A DNA stretch of 64,000 bases from Podarcis melisellensis (taxonomy: Eukaryota). The stretch lies in NCBI GenBank assembly GCA_964234715.1, contig OZ174277.1; one strand, written 5' to 3'. A program made the position numbers and the translations under genes. How positions within the stretch are numbered: the first letter of the stretch is position 1; each line of letters begins with the position of its first letter. The notes beneath the pieces are model-generated. The model did no database searches, had not been told where the DNA came from, and saw nothing but the letters and a program-made list of their open reading frames with translations. Below are positions 14,581 through 27,190 of this stretch, in pieces.

Positions 14581-15551
14581 TAGGGCTGGGTGATATCAGC
14601 TTTTCAACATCGCGGTGTATCGCCAGCCAAACATCACAGTTTGGCAATGCCCCTTCCGACCTTCAGGAGGAGGGGGGGTTGTGGGATCACGACCCCGCCC
14701 ACACTCGCTCTCGCGAGGCTGGCGTCAGCCTCGCGGGAGACAGGGATTCCCTCAATTAGCATACCCTGTGGCGCCAGCCAATCGGCTGGCGGCAGGGGCG
14801 GGGCTTCGTAGGGCCACTTAAGGTCAGGGCAGCCCCTGGCTCGCCCCCTTTCTTCCCTGGAGACGACGCGGTTTCCCACCCACCCGCCCTTTAGGTTTTG
14901 CCACTGACCTTGCTATGGGCTTCGGCTGGTCGCCGCAAGGGGCCTGGTAGGAGTTTTTCCATTTGGCTAATTGGCTGGTTTGGTGAGCCACTTGGTTTTT
15001 TCGCCTACCTCGTAGCAAATCGTCACAACTCCCTCGGTTTTGGCGGTAGGCATTGGCCGGGGTATTATCATGCAGATGAGGTTGGGGGGGAGGAACGCCA
15101 TCACCTCCCCCAATGCTTGAAGGGTAGTTCGTTAAAGGACTCCGAGGGGCGACGCCTCGTCCGAAACCTACGGAGGCTAGGGCCTAAAGCGCGCCCCCGA
15201 GCAGTAACCCCTCGGGGAGCGCCTAGGGATATGCATCTCGGGTGGCTCCCCCTGTTGGTGTTTAACCCTTCCCGGTCAGACCGGATAGTCGGTTAGGGCC
15301 AATGCCTAAAGCCAATACCCTTCTTTCCTGTAATCAATAAAGTTGTGGCCATTTTCGCCCATTAACCTAAAAACTCTGTGTCCGTTGTCTTCATTTATTC
15401 CACCTGTGGGGGGGAGGGAATAGCCACACAATATACCACCACTCAGGCGTGGTGGTGGTTTCACCAGCGATATACTGCTGAGTTAAACCAACATAGCAGT
15501 CTGCTCCTCATACTGGTCCTGGGCGATATATTGATATATTGCCCAGGCCTA
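14581..15551. mobile_element. hAT-type MITE interrupted by an Ngaro-like solo unit
   Basis: TIRs tagggctgggtgatat / atattgcccaggccta, with a perfect 8-bp TSD gtgaatag at 14573-14580 and 15552-15559. Confidence 0.85.
14639..15430 (+). mobile_element. Solo A-spacer-B terminal unit of an Ngaro-like retrotransposon (second family)
   Basis: About 792 bp against 799 bp for A2-spacer-B2 of the full element. Shares TAGCAAATCGTCACAACT, TGGCGGTAGGCATTGG, GGGT-N4-CGTTAAAGG, CCAATGCCTAA and AATAAAGTTGTGGCC. 'caca' occurs at both junctions; CCAAT and GC boxes lie in the A part. Confidence 0.85.
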
Positions 15552-15934
15552 GTGAATAGTAGTAAAATAGCACAAACAGCTATCACAATGGTGCTGGCAT
15601 TTCCACCAGCATTAAAAATACTCCATAGCTTGTGTTGCTGTCACAAGTCCTAATCACCTATTACTCACGTGTAGGGCATAAGCATGCAGAATGGGGAATG
15701 GTTATTGGAACCTAAATATTTTGTGTCCTAGCTGCCTGGAGCTCTTAGTTTTGAACAGGAGCTCACGCAACCACGTAACAGAGAAGGGGAGCACTAGAGG
15801 ATGGGGAGGCAGAACATGATGCAAGCAGTAGCCTTGCAAAAGCCTTCTGGTTGCTCAACCTAGTTAGCACATGCCCATGAGTGGTACAGAGGGAGACACC
15901 AATCCCTACAAAGCACAAGGTGTTGTTGGGAAGG

Positions 15935-16440
15935 GTTGTAGCACAGCAATGGAGCATCTGTTTTGCAATACAGGAGGTCCATTGTTTGATCCCCAGCTTC
16001 TCCGGTTAGGGCGAGAAAGCTATAGAATTATGTTCAGCCTGGAGAAGAAACGACAGAGAGGTGATACAGTAGTCACCTTCAAATATCTGAAGGGCTGTCA
16101 TGTGGAAGATGGAAAAGGCCTGTTTTCTACTGCTTCAGAAGGTAGGACCCAAACCAGGATTCAAATTACAAGAAAGAATAATCTGACTAAACATTAGGAA
16201 GAACTGTACAGCTGTCGAGTGGACTACCTTGGAAGGTGGTGGACTCTCCTTCGCTGGAAGTTTTTTAAACAGAGGTTGGATGTCTGCCTGTCAAAGATTT
16301 TTAGCTGCATTACAGGGAGTTGAACCAGATGACCACTTGGGTCTCTTCCAACTCTACAGTTCTATGATTCTGTGATAGATGGATCAACTGGTAATCTGCT
16401 GGTCTGACTCAGTAGAAGGCAGCTTCCTATATTCCCTATG
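15935..16440 (+). mobile_element. tRNA-derived SINE (Squam3-like) with a nested CR1 3' fragment (~16020-16375)
   Basis: tRNA-like head, then CR1 ORF2 end (FSLEKKRQRGDTVVTFKYLKG) and 'ttccaactctacagttctatgattc' tail, then SINE tail 'ggtctgactcagtagaaggcagcttcct'. Confidence 0.65.
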
Positions 16441-16761
16441 TTGCTGCAAGAGCAGCTATTGACCTTGGTCATGGGGAGGCAAACCCAGTACAGTATTCTT
16501 GAAGCCCCAGACTTACTGCAATGAAAATTCCTGATGGTCACACATGAAAGTCACTTCCATTTCTTTCAACAGATTTTAGAGCCTAACTATTTTTTAAGGA
16601 AAATGTTCTGGTGTTGAATATTTGCTCTTCTGAATATTTTCTTACACAAGTTGTGTGTATGTTATTAAAAATAATGATAATACAGTAGTATTGCCACTAG
16701 AATGTAACAAATACACCAAATATCACCAAATAGAGATGAACTCTCAAAAAAGGTGGGCCAC

Positions 16762-16812
16762 ATGATGATGATGATGATGATGGTTGTGGTGGTGGTGGTG
16801 ATGATGATGATA
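16762..16812. repeat. (GAT)n/(GGT)n microsatellite
   Basis: Read directly. Confidence 0.9.
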
Positions 16813-18940
16813 TAAGGATGCTCTTGGTGACTTTAATATGCTAAACATCAACATTCAGAATCTGACCTTGGCAAATTATTTCTGCCCATTAAAAGAGATG
16901 GTCAGAAAAATCATCACCCTTCTTTCTTACTAATATATGTGGGTACTACTTTTTGTGCATTTTAACTAGGCATATTTAGGAAACGTAACTGACAAAGAAA
17001 ATGGAAAGTAGTAGTGTTGTGATGGACATTGCATATGGCAATCCAATGAATCACTTAGAAGTGTCTACACAGCTGGTATTGGCTGCAGTTTAACAGAGAT
17101 GGCAAAACATTTATGATTTTCTTTTCTTTTTTTAGTCACATAGGGCTTTTCCACATCTAGGCAGCCAAGAACTCCACATTGCTAAGAAATTAGTAGAGCA
17201 TCACAGATAACAGCCAATTTCAAAATAAGGCCCATTTCCAGTTTTCCCAAAATCTATTCCAGGCCCACCTCAATTCAGTCATCCCCGTATAAAATAGCTA
17301 AACAAGAAAGGGACATTGGAATGCCTCAAAAAAGCTGATAATGTGTCTCCCAATCTGTGACCTCAGAACACTTTTTCAGGTCCAGAACTTGGAAACCAGA
17401 TGTGTCCAGCGCTGATGTGGAACACCCAATGACTGCAGCAAAGAGGGTACCACCCTTCGCAGCTGCGATGTCCAAGAACAGTACATTTGGCAGAGCCCTT
17501 AATGAGCCTGCTGAATTGAAGACAAGGGATAGAAATGATTTTCCACTTAAGTGGCACTTACCTCCCCAAATATTTAACAGTTTGTATTAACAAGGCAGAT
17601 TGATTCAACAGAAACGGTATGTGAAAAGAAGCTGCAAAGATCCAGTGAGCCACTTCCCCTGCTTTCGTGTCTTCCTCTTTTCTACATTATACAATGGAAG
17701 AAGCTAAAGCTGTCTCCTAAAGACTGTCTACAACCACCACTGCAAAGCAAATTCTGCTCCGATCCAGACCAGAGGAAGACTATTATGGGTCTTTTTAGAG
17801 GAGTCGAATGACAGATTAAACACACACTTTCCACTTCCATGTTGTTCTGGTTTAATAACCAAGTTAAAATAGCAGAGCTTAACTTGAACTAGGGCTTTGG
17901 AGGGTTCAGCCCTAGAAGATATTTTCAGTGCCGGTACTTTTCCCCCTGGAACAGAAGACCAATCAAAATAATGCATTTGATCCAAGCATTTGCAAGATGC
18001 TTCCCCCCCCCCCCTCACCACTGAGTAGCTACTGTCTGTTCAAAAGTAATTTGGGGAATTCAAGGCAGAGCATTCCAGTCTGTGCAGAGCATTTAAATAT
18101 ATATTCACTGTACAATATTGGTGTCTGATGTCGTACTCAGAGCCTTTCCACTGTACTCATAACCAGGCTGGTAGCCGAGTGTTCATTAGATCACAATGGT
18201 TCTGAGCAGGACTTCCTATATTCCGCTTCAGAGATATTCTGACACCTGTGTAGCAGGCTCTGTCGCCAGCCCTCTTTAAGCCTAACATCTCGTGTCTCAC
18301 CAACAGTACAAATGTTCAGAATTCCTAACTATTTCCTGTGTTTCAAAATTAGCATCCCAAAGATGTCCTGTTTATATTTTGGAGGTATGGTGGAAATAAA
18401 CACTATGAAGTCAGGATATTCCATCAGCAGGACTAAAATACTGAACAAACTCTTATTTATTTTTTTGCCTTCCTACTCTCCTCTGCTTTACATTTTCACT
18501 TCTACAACCCCTTTAATAGAGTTTGATCAATAACCCTGTGCTTAAACTCTGCGTGAAGAAAATGGTTAATGTTCCTGTTTTGTTGTCCCAGTTCCAAGTG
18601 TGAAAAAAAAACCCTTGGCTGTGCACAATCACCCTTTCCCCTCGCAATGAGTTGAATTCTTTGCTTTGGGGTTTGCAATTTTACCGATTTCTGCCTTTCG
18701 GGATCAGCCGTATCTATGAAAACCTAGAGGATACTTTGTAATGGAAAAATAAATAGGCTAGTCTGTATGTCAGAATTTCCGTGCAGCAACATAATTAAAA
18801 CTGTTCCAAGTGGTAGGTTTTATCACAAGGTATGCCACACACATGTAGTTTACTGCGCGGTAGAGATTATTTTCTCCATATCGCCATAAACGTTTTCATG
18901 TTTCTGCACTGGAACAGAAGGAATCACCCAATTTAAAATA

Positions 18941-19165
18941 CAGTGGTAACTCGGGTTACAGGCGCTTCAGGTTACAGACTCCTCTAACCCACAAATAGTA
19001 CCTCAGGTTAAGAACTTTGCTTCAGGATGAGAACAGAAATCGTGTGGCAGCGGCACAACGGCAGCAGGAGACCCCTTTAGCTAAAGTGGTACCTCAGGTA
19101 AGAACAGTTTCAGGTTAAGGATGGAGCTCCAGAACAAATTAAGTTCTTAACCCGAGGTACCACTG
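18941..19165. mobile_element. Tc1/mariner MITE (cagtggtacctc family), copy 1
   Basis: TIR cagtggtaactcgggtta / taacccgaggtaccactg with TA TSD. Confidence 0.9.
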
Positions 19166-20175
19166 TAGCATATAAGTGTGTGTGTGTAACACAAAGGTGA
19201 TGAGTAGACTAAATTTTTAAGACTAAATAGCCATTGGATGCTAACAGTTACCCTATTCAGCTATGTTTAATGGGGCTACTATAATCAACATTGTTGGGGG
19301 GAGGGTAGGATCACAAACCCCCAACCCTCCATAGACTGATCATTCCTTTGTGCATACGGTTTCTCTCTCTGTGTGTACACCAGGTGTACATCAGGTGTAC
19401 ACAAGCTTTGCATATGCCAAGTGGTATTCTATATTTTGCATGGAGAGCACCTAAGAGCACATAATTTGCACGGACTGGCTCTGTGCATAAATAAACCATC
19501 AAAGTAAGGAATTCAGAAACAGAGCCTTCCGATTCTTCTCTCCTTCCATGCATCACCTGCAACACCCACAAATTAAGAATATTTGACAAAGGGCTAGTGA
19601 TGTTTAATTTTTGAAAGCAGCAAGTTTAACTGGTTTAATCAACCCAAGCTATGTGCCAGTAAATTCACTCGTACTGAGGGCCAGTTGTGAAGCTTCTGGC
19701 CCTTACTATATCAATCACTTCTCCCTGGTCAACCCAGAGATACCCACAGCACTCTCCTATTCACTTAAGTAAGTCCCACTGTGTTCAATGGAACTTACTC
19801 CCTAGTAAATATGTTCAGGGGATAGCAACCCAAATCTGTTTTCATTATACTTTCTCCAGTTGAACCCGAAAAAGTCAGGCTTTCCTCAATATTGCCCTCA
19901 ATCCATATGTAAAATGTGGAGGGAGTTTGTAGAAAAGCACGGCCTAGAGTACTTTCATTCCTCGCGCTGCATCCCTGCCAGCATCATGTCACCAGGATCC
20001 ATTTTGGCAAAACTGCAAAGCTTTTTGCTCTCTTAGTGTACTGTACTACTAGGATTTGGGGGGATGTCATACTAGCAAGAAAAGCAAGAAATGGAAACAT
20101 GTAGGAGGAGACACAATTTCAGAAAATCTCATTGTTCTTATGATGAAACTGGAGATATAGAGCTAACTAAATGTG

Positions 20176-20510
20176 CAGGTGGGTGCTGTGAGTTAAACCA
20201 CAGAGCCTAGGACTTGCCGATGAGAAGGTCGGCGGTTTGAATCCCCGCGACAGGGTGAGCTCCCGTTGCTCGGTCCCTGCTCCTGCCCACCTAGCAGTTC
20301 AAAAGCACGTCAAAGTGCAAGTAGATAAATAGGGTTAGGGCGTTTCCATGCGCTGGTCTGGTTCGCCAGAAGCGGCTTAGTCATGCTGGCCACATGACCC
20401 GGAAGCTGTATGCCGGCTCCCTCGGCCAATAAAGCGAGATGAGCGCCACAACCCCAGAGTCGGCCATGACTGGACCTAATGGTCAGGGGTCCCCTTTACC
20501 TTTACCTTTA
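20176..20510 (+). mobile_element. Sauria SINE (Squam1)
   Basis: tRNA-like head with 'aaggtcggcggtttgaatccc', body 'cacctagcagttcaaaagcac...aagtagataaatagg', and (ACCTTT)n tail. Confidence 0.9.
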
Positions 20511-23500
20511 AATGCTGACTAAAAAGAGGGTTTATATCTCCAGTGATCTTAGGATGACATGACCTTTCTGAAGAATTCAGGTATAAAGCTCTGGTTTTGC
20601 AACAGCTATAATGAGGCTTTTGGCTAAAATATTTCATTACCCAACCTGAGGTTTCAGGAACTGGCAGACTACAAATAAAATCCATTTAAATATATAACAT
20701 TGCATGATCTGCACACACAAAAGGGGGAAAAGCCAACAACTTGTGGCTCTGTGAGGAGGATGCAGGTTCTCCTTTCAGGACCCTTAAACTACAGTTCCCC
20801 GAAGTCTTTTGGAGAAGCCACGGCTGCCTACAGTGATATGATACTGTTTTAAATGTATTGTGTAGCTGGGGCCCAAGTGTTTGCAGTGAATGGCAACAGA
20901 GGAATTTCTGCCGTGTTGCCAGGGGCTGGGATTTCTGTCATTTAAACAGCACGTGCTGTGTTCAGAGTAAAAAAGATACTGCAATGCAAACGTTCTCTGT
21001 CTATGGGAAAATGTCACTTACACTTGACCTAAACCATGTGCAACACTTCAGTATCTAGAAGGATGCTTTATAAGTGCCTGCTGTCATGCCACAGATGTTT
21101 GTGATTAATGCAAAGCATGTATGTTGCATTTCAGGTCTCACAATCCTTACAGTGATTCGCTCGACAGCTGGTAGTAATCAGCATCTGTCAGATGCTTTAA
21201 CAAGAATGGCCATGAAGAGAACGAAAATATAAAATGAGGGTAACCTCTCCTCTATGCTTAAAACTCATGCCTTCCACCCAGGGAATCCCGAGGATATGTA
21301 GCTAGGGGACAGGCTGAGAATTCTGTTGGAAATCCTTGGCCATCTGAACAATCTACTAATACAAAATATTCCCATGAAGAAACCATGACATGCAAGTCAG
21401 TATATAGGTTAAAACTTCAATCATCAGGTTTACAGCAGGGATTCTGTAAATGTATTTCAGGGGATAGACATTCCCAGACTCTAACACACATCAGCCCTAG
21501 CCAAAATAGTCAATGGTCAGGGAGAATGGGATTGGTAGTTCAGCAACACCTGGAGGGCCACAGGTTTCCCCAATCAGAAAAAGGTGTCATCTAGGAAATT
21601 GGCTTGTCTAATCTCCAGACAGACCCCATCTGGCCTACCACTTGATTTTTACAAACACAAAATTATTTCCTATGAATCACTATAACAAGGCCCAAATTAA
21701 ACACACACAAAATGAAGGTGGGGGAATCTTTATGTGGAAAAACTGCAAGCGGAGACACCATTTATAGTAATTCATGCAACTAAAGAGCACAATTTTTAAA
21801 AAATACACAGCAAACCGGACGTGAAATAACTGGTTAACGGCTCCCTAATCACAAAGAGTTTCCTCTGCTACACATTTTTCCTATTTACCCTATGGCTTCT
21901 GGTTTTCATCTAGCTTGCCTAATGGAAGCTTGGGGTGGGGAAGAGAGCTGGGCCTAAACTCATCCAGCAGATGCACAGCACTGAGACCTCAAAACACACA
22001 CCAGCCTGCTTTCTGGAACACCTGGAGAAAAGACATTGCAGCGGATCCCTTGTCCCCACATGCCAAGAACTTTGGAGATACTACAATAGCAAACATATTC
22101 CAGCTGCCCGGAGCAAATGCCAGGGAAGGATTCTGTGCTGTCAAAGGAGAAAAACATTGATGAAGGTTCCTAATAAGATGAGGTTGAAATAACAAGACTT
22201 GAATAACTTTTCTTGTGACTTTTGTTATGCAGAAGGCTGCATAAAAAATCATGTTAAAATGTTTGACCTTCCCGGATTAGGAGGTATTTTCATAAACAGA
22301 ACCGAAAGATAACACACATCCAGAAGCTACGACTGAGATGTTGAGGGGAGGGTGTTGAAGGCTAGTCCATGAAATAAGCATGGTGGTGGGAAAACTAGTC
22401 CAAGCCCCAAGCTTGGACAACACACTCAAAGTGTGACAATTAGGCACGGTGCATTTCCTTGGACCACATAATTGTGGCACACACCACTTAAGAAAAGGTG
22501 GCATCCAAGCCCATGTCTTCCATGTCACGGAAAAATGGGGACTTCAGGAAGGATCGGTTAGTGGTAGGAGACACTTGCCTCTTACTCTAATGGCTGGTTT
22601 TCTTTGTAAGGTTGCAGATGCTGCCCCAAGCCCTACCCCCAGACAGACCTCAGTCTCAGAAGCCAGCCCAGGTTGGGGGCAGTGTGCCATGGGACAGGCA
22701 TTTGCAGAGAATTTATGGGTGGAAGACAAGTTAAGCACCTTTCCCTCTTTCCCACCAATCCTCCCACAGACAACAAGATAATATAAGCTCCACCTCCACT
22801 GCCAGAAGCAGTGAATACCAGCTGCTGGGGATCTAAAGTGGGGAGTGGGTTGTTGCATTCAGGTTCACTTTGTGGGCTTCTAAGTGACATCTGGTTGTGA
22901 CAACAGGATGTTGAGTTAGGTGAGGCTTTGGTTTCATGCAGCAAGGATCTTCTTAACCTCTAGTTTGGACCTCGGAGATACAGGGTCAAGTTGGGAAAGT
23001 GGGCGTAGCTTCCTGGTAGCCTCACAGTTTCCATAATTGGTGAAGGACCTCTGAGAACACATCCACAGATAAACAAATATTATAGTGCAGCACTGAGGGA
23101 AACCATCAACATCTTCATGGAAAGTCTCCTCCACCTTCTAAATCACCTCATTGCTGGCTCATGCACAGTGGAGATGGCCGTGACACCAGCTGCTGGTGGT
23201 CTTGAGAACTCCCAGGACCCCCTCAGAAGCCTTTGTTCCGAGGAAGGAGATGAAAATGTAGATAAATGTATTTTTCTACATTTAATTATTCCTGCCAGAG
23301 TGAAGAAGAATTGGAACTGGTAACCTCAGAGCTTCCTCCCAACTCCTGGGAGTTGCCATAATTAAAGCAATCTGCATTTAAATTTGGCTTGCAGCAGTCT
23401 GCCATTTAAGAGTCGAAACAGATTTTGGGATGGAACATTCTTTCATGGGGCACAGGGCTCGGCTTTTGCAAACGGAGCCTGGGTAATAACCGAAAATAAT

Positions 23501-24998
23501 AATCATTAGCTTTGTTTGTGCCACTCTACAAGAAAGAGAGCAGGAAAGGTCATCATGATGCAAGGCCTCCAGAGGTGGGTGGGGCAGCAGGCTCATTTGG
23601 AGAAAATGTGCAATTTCTCTGCACACAGGCCCTGTACAGCCCATGAGAGCACAACCAAGCAATTCTACCTCAGAAATGTCAGGGCTTTAGATACACACAC
23701 CAACCATTGCCAGAAAGGCTTGGCATATGTACCAATACACGTCTTCCTATCAGAGACATCAACAAATCCACTCAGCCTGCTCAGATCTGCTGCCCAGGTG
23801 CTCACTGTCAACAGGCAACTTTAAAAACTATAAGAAGGGAGTCCAGAGATCTTGGAGAGATCTTGGACTGGGCAGCCCTTCAATTAGATGGCTTTCTTCT
23901 GTAAAGTAGGACAAATAGCCACCCTCTGTGCTGTTCAAACAGCTTTCAATTTCTGACCTGGGCAATTAAAGCTATCTATGAGTGATGGTGGCAGAATAGC
24001 TTTTCAAAATGTCTATTGTACTAAGTTTGGATGTTCTTACAGATAAATCCACTGGGATTGAAACATAACATTTAAGGCAAAACAACATGAATCAGAGACG
24101 TAAATTCTGCCCTCAGATTCCCCTTTGGTCAGGAAGACACAAGCCATAATGTAATTCTTCACTGTCTATACAGAGCACATGGATTTTGTCTCAGCAAGTT
24201 CTGGAAGAGCCCTGGTTTATCCTCATGTGCAGAACAGAAGCAAGCCTCACAGCTGTCTAAATAGGCATCTGTTGTTAGCATTCTTTCTTTTGTTTTACTG
24301 TGGAATAAACTGCAGAGGAAAATCACCAGCAGAATCCCAGGTTAACAGCAGGATTAATATGGCTCTTGCACAGGTGATGGCTAAACACAAGCAAATACAG
24401 GGTGCTTTTCTCATTTATGTCGCCTTGTTCTGGAAGAGCTGCAGTCGTAAAGTAGTCTAGTGTCACCAATTCCGGTGAAACAGCCACTATTTGATTGCCA
24501 CAAATCAGCATGTTGTAGAAACACAGGAGGAATGAAACTGGGAATAATTTTGCCTTTGGGCAAAATGCTGAATGCCAAGATAGAGGAGCAACCTATTCAT
24601 GTGTCCACTTGTTAATATTGGTTCCAAAACTAAAGATCCTGGTTCTCAGGTGAAATCTTTCCAAGCCATGAACTGAATTGCTCATTGTCTGCAGACCTCA
24701 CTACTAGCAGCCCAAGCCACACTTTACATACCAAGGGTGTGTGATGAAACCCCAATGGCTCTTGAAAATGATGCACTTAACCCTTTTCTGCTTCTGGTCA
24801 TTTTCATTACTTCTCATTGAAATCTCCTAACAGAAAATCAGATAAGAAGGAAGTCTGAAGTATAATCACAGTTAAATGAACGCCATTAAAATTACAAATA
24901 GGATATAGGTCTGTTGTGAGATACACACAGTGTCAGAAGGTAGGCAAAGGGTATGTCCAAGGGACTGGGCCTCAAGAAGAATCTTTCTTTTGAAGGTA

Positions 24999-25240
24999 CA
25001 GTGGTACCTTGGGTTACATATGCTTCGGATTACATACACTTCAGGTTACAGACTCCACTAACCCAGAAATAGTGCTTCAGGTTAAGAACTTTGCTTCAGG
25101 ATGAGAACAGAAATCGTGCTCTGGCGGCGCAGCAGCAGCAGCAGGCCCCATTAGCTAAAATGGTGCTTCAGGTTAAGAACAGTTTCAGATTAAGAACGGA
25201 CCTGTGGAATGAATTAAGTACTTAACCTGAGGTACCACTG
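24999..25240. mobile_element. Tc1/mariner MITE, copy 2
   Basis: Same TIRs and body as 18941-19165, with TA TSD. Confidence 0.9.
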
Positions 25241-27009
25241 TATATCTGAAAGGTTGGGGAGTTACAGGGCATGTGGGCTAGACCTGCCCACCATGCTCCT
25301 CCAAATACCTGCTGGGCACTCATTAGAAAGAAATATCTGCACACACAAGGAAGGCCGCTGATTGGCCAGGCATGTGTCAGGAGACCACGACAGCAATGAA
25401 TAACAACAGCAGTAGGCAGAGCATCCCATGCAGCCCCCTCCACACATTTTTTCAAGACATGGAAGGGTTTGTGTGCACGCGTGCACTCACACGCACACAC
25501 CACACAATTAGCAACATTTTGAACTATTTACTCTAATCCAAAGTATTTTTGCCTTGAGTCACTGCTACATATCAAATCCTCCCTAACAAACAGAGAGATA
25601 GATTTTTAAGCAACAAAACATCAACACTAAACCATGAGCCTCATCATTGCAAAGCACAGTGACACATTGCCACGGCTGAAGCCATTCTCATCTCTGCATG
25701 CCATACCATGGGCAGTTGCACATTCCAGTTTGATGCTATTCGTGCTTCGTTTGAGTTTGGCTTCTGCAGCTTACAGGAATGCCTAATAGCTGGGGACAGA
25801 GCTGGGAGTTGTCCATATGTGGAAAAGTCTGCCTGTGGGCTAGCCATTGGTCACCCCATTGAACATGCTTGTCAAAGGTTTGCCCGGCAGCAGGAACTGG
25901 ATTGTCCTTTGTATCCCAATAATCACCCTACTAGTCAGAGCCTGATAACCAACAATAAAAGTGCCTCTGCACAACCACATTCTTCTCTTACTGAGAAACG
26001 AAGCTCGGACAGCATATCAGATGTACATTGACCCTAAATATACTCTCTTGTACTCTCTCTGTGGGGCTCAGTTACAGCAGTTGCTTGGCTCTGAAGGATT
26101 AATTTGCCTTTGAACCCAACCTCGCCCATTGTGATCACATTACCATAGCAACACTTTTCTGCAACACCCCAAACATGACCCACCCAAGGTGATGCCATAT
26201 TCCACTTGTTCCAGACACACACACACACACACAGGCAAGCAAATCCATGTTGGCTAGGAGCAGATTAGTAGCCAAAAAAGTTCACAACCACTATGGTGGT
26301 ATGTTGCAATATTAGCATTAAAAATAACATGGTCACAACTCACACCAAATGAAACCCTCATCTCCAGGAATCTGGCTCTGAAACACAAGGAGTGGAAGGC
26401 ATCCAGCTTCAGGAAAATGTGGTATATCTATTTACCGCTGAAACTAGTTCCTAAAAGACAAGAGTGTGTGCTCTTGTGAGCCACTTCCCTTCTCCTAAGA
26501 ACTGGGTATTTGCATTAGAACAGTTAAGAAAGAAAAATGAAGACTTCCTATTTATGCATTATTTAACAACAAGGTTCCCACAAGGAAATTTTTAAGGAGG
26601 ATTTCCTCACAATGCTAATTTTTAAATCAGCTCTGTGCTGCAATCACATGAACTATTCTCAAAGGTGAACCCTGTATGTCACACAGTGTCCATTTCCACA
26701 TTGATGCAGTTTAGTTCGGAAGCTACGCTCACTGCTTCCCATGTCAGCTTCTGCAGTCTTGATGACTGAATGTCTTGCCCTTTTCTTTGGCCTAGGAAAC
26801 TGGGAAATCATTAGGGCTGCTTAAAGTGATTGAAGCTTCCCGCGATGACTATATGAAACAAAGCCACAGAGAAGCTTCTGTGCTTTCAGGTTGCCTCAGT
26901 AACACATGAACTACTAGCTCAAGGCTGCAGCATCAGCAAGCCAGAAGAAGAAGTTGACTTATTGAAGGAACTCCCCAATAATAGAAGGAGGTGGATGCAA
27001 AGCCCAGTA

Positions 27010-27190
27010 ACTTCAGCTGCAACAGTGGAGCATCTAACCAGACTTCCACGAGAAGTGGTGGACTCTCCTTCCTTGGGTTGTTTTTTTTAGCAGAGGTTGG
27101 ATGGCCATCTGTCATGTATGATCTAGTTGAGATAATTGCAGGGGATTTGACCCTCAAAGTCCCCTTCCAAGACTACAATTCTATGCATCT
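27010..27190 (+). mobile_element. Degenerate CR1 3' end
   Basis: Contains 'gtggactctccttccttg...ttttttagcagaggttggatggccatctgtc...ccccttccaagactacaattctatg'. Confidence 0.7.
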
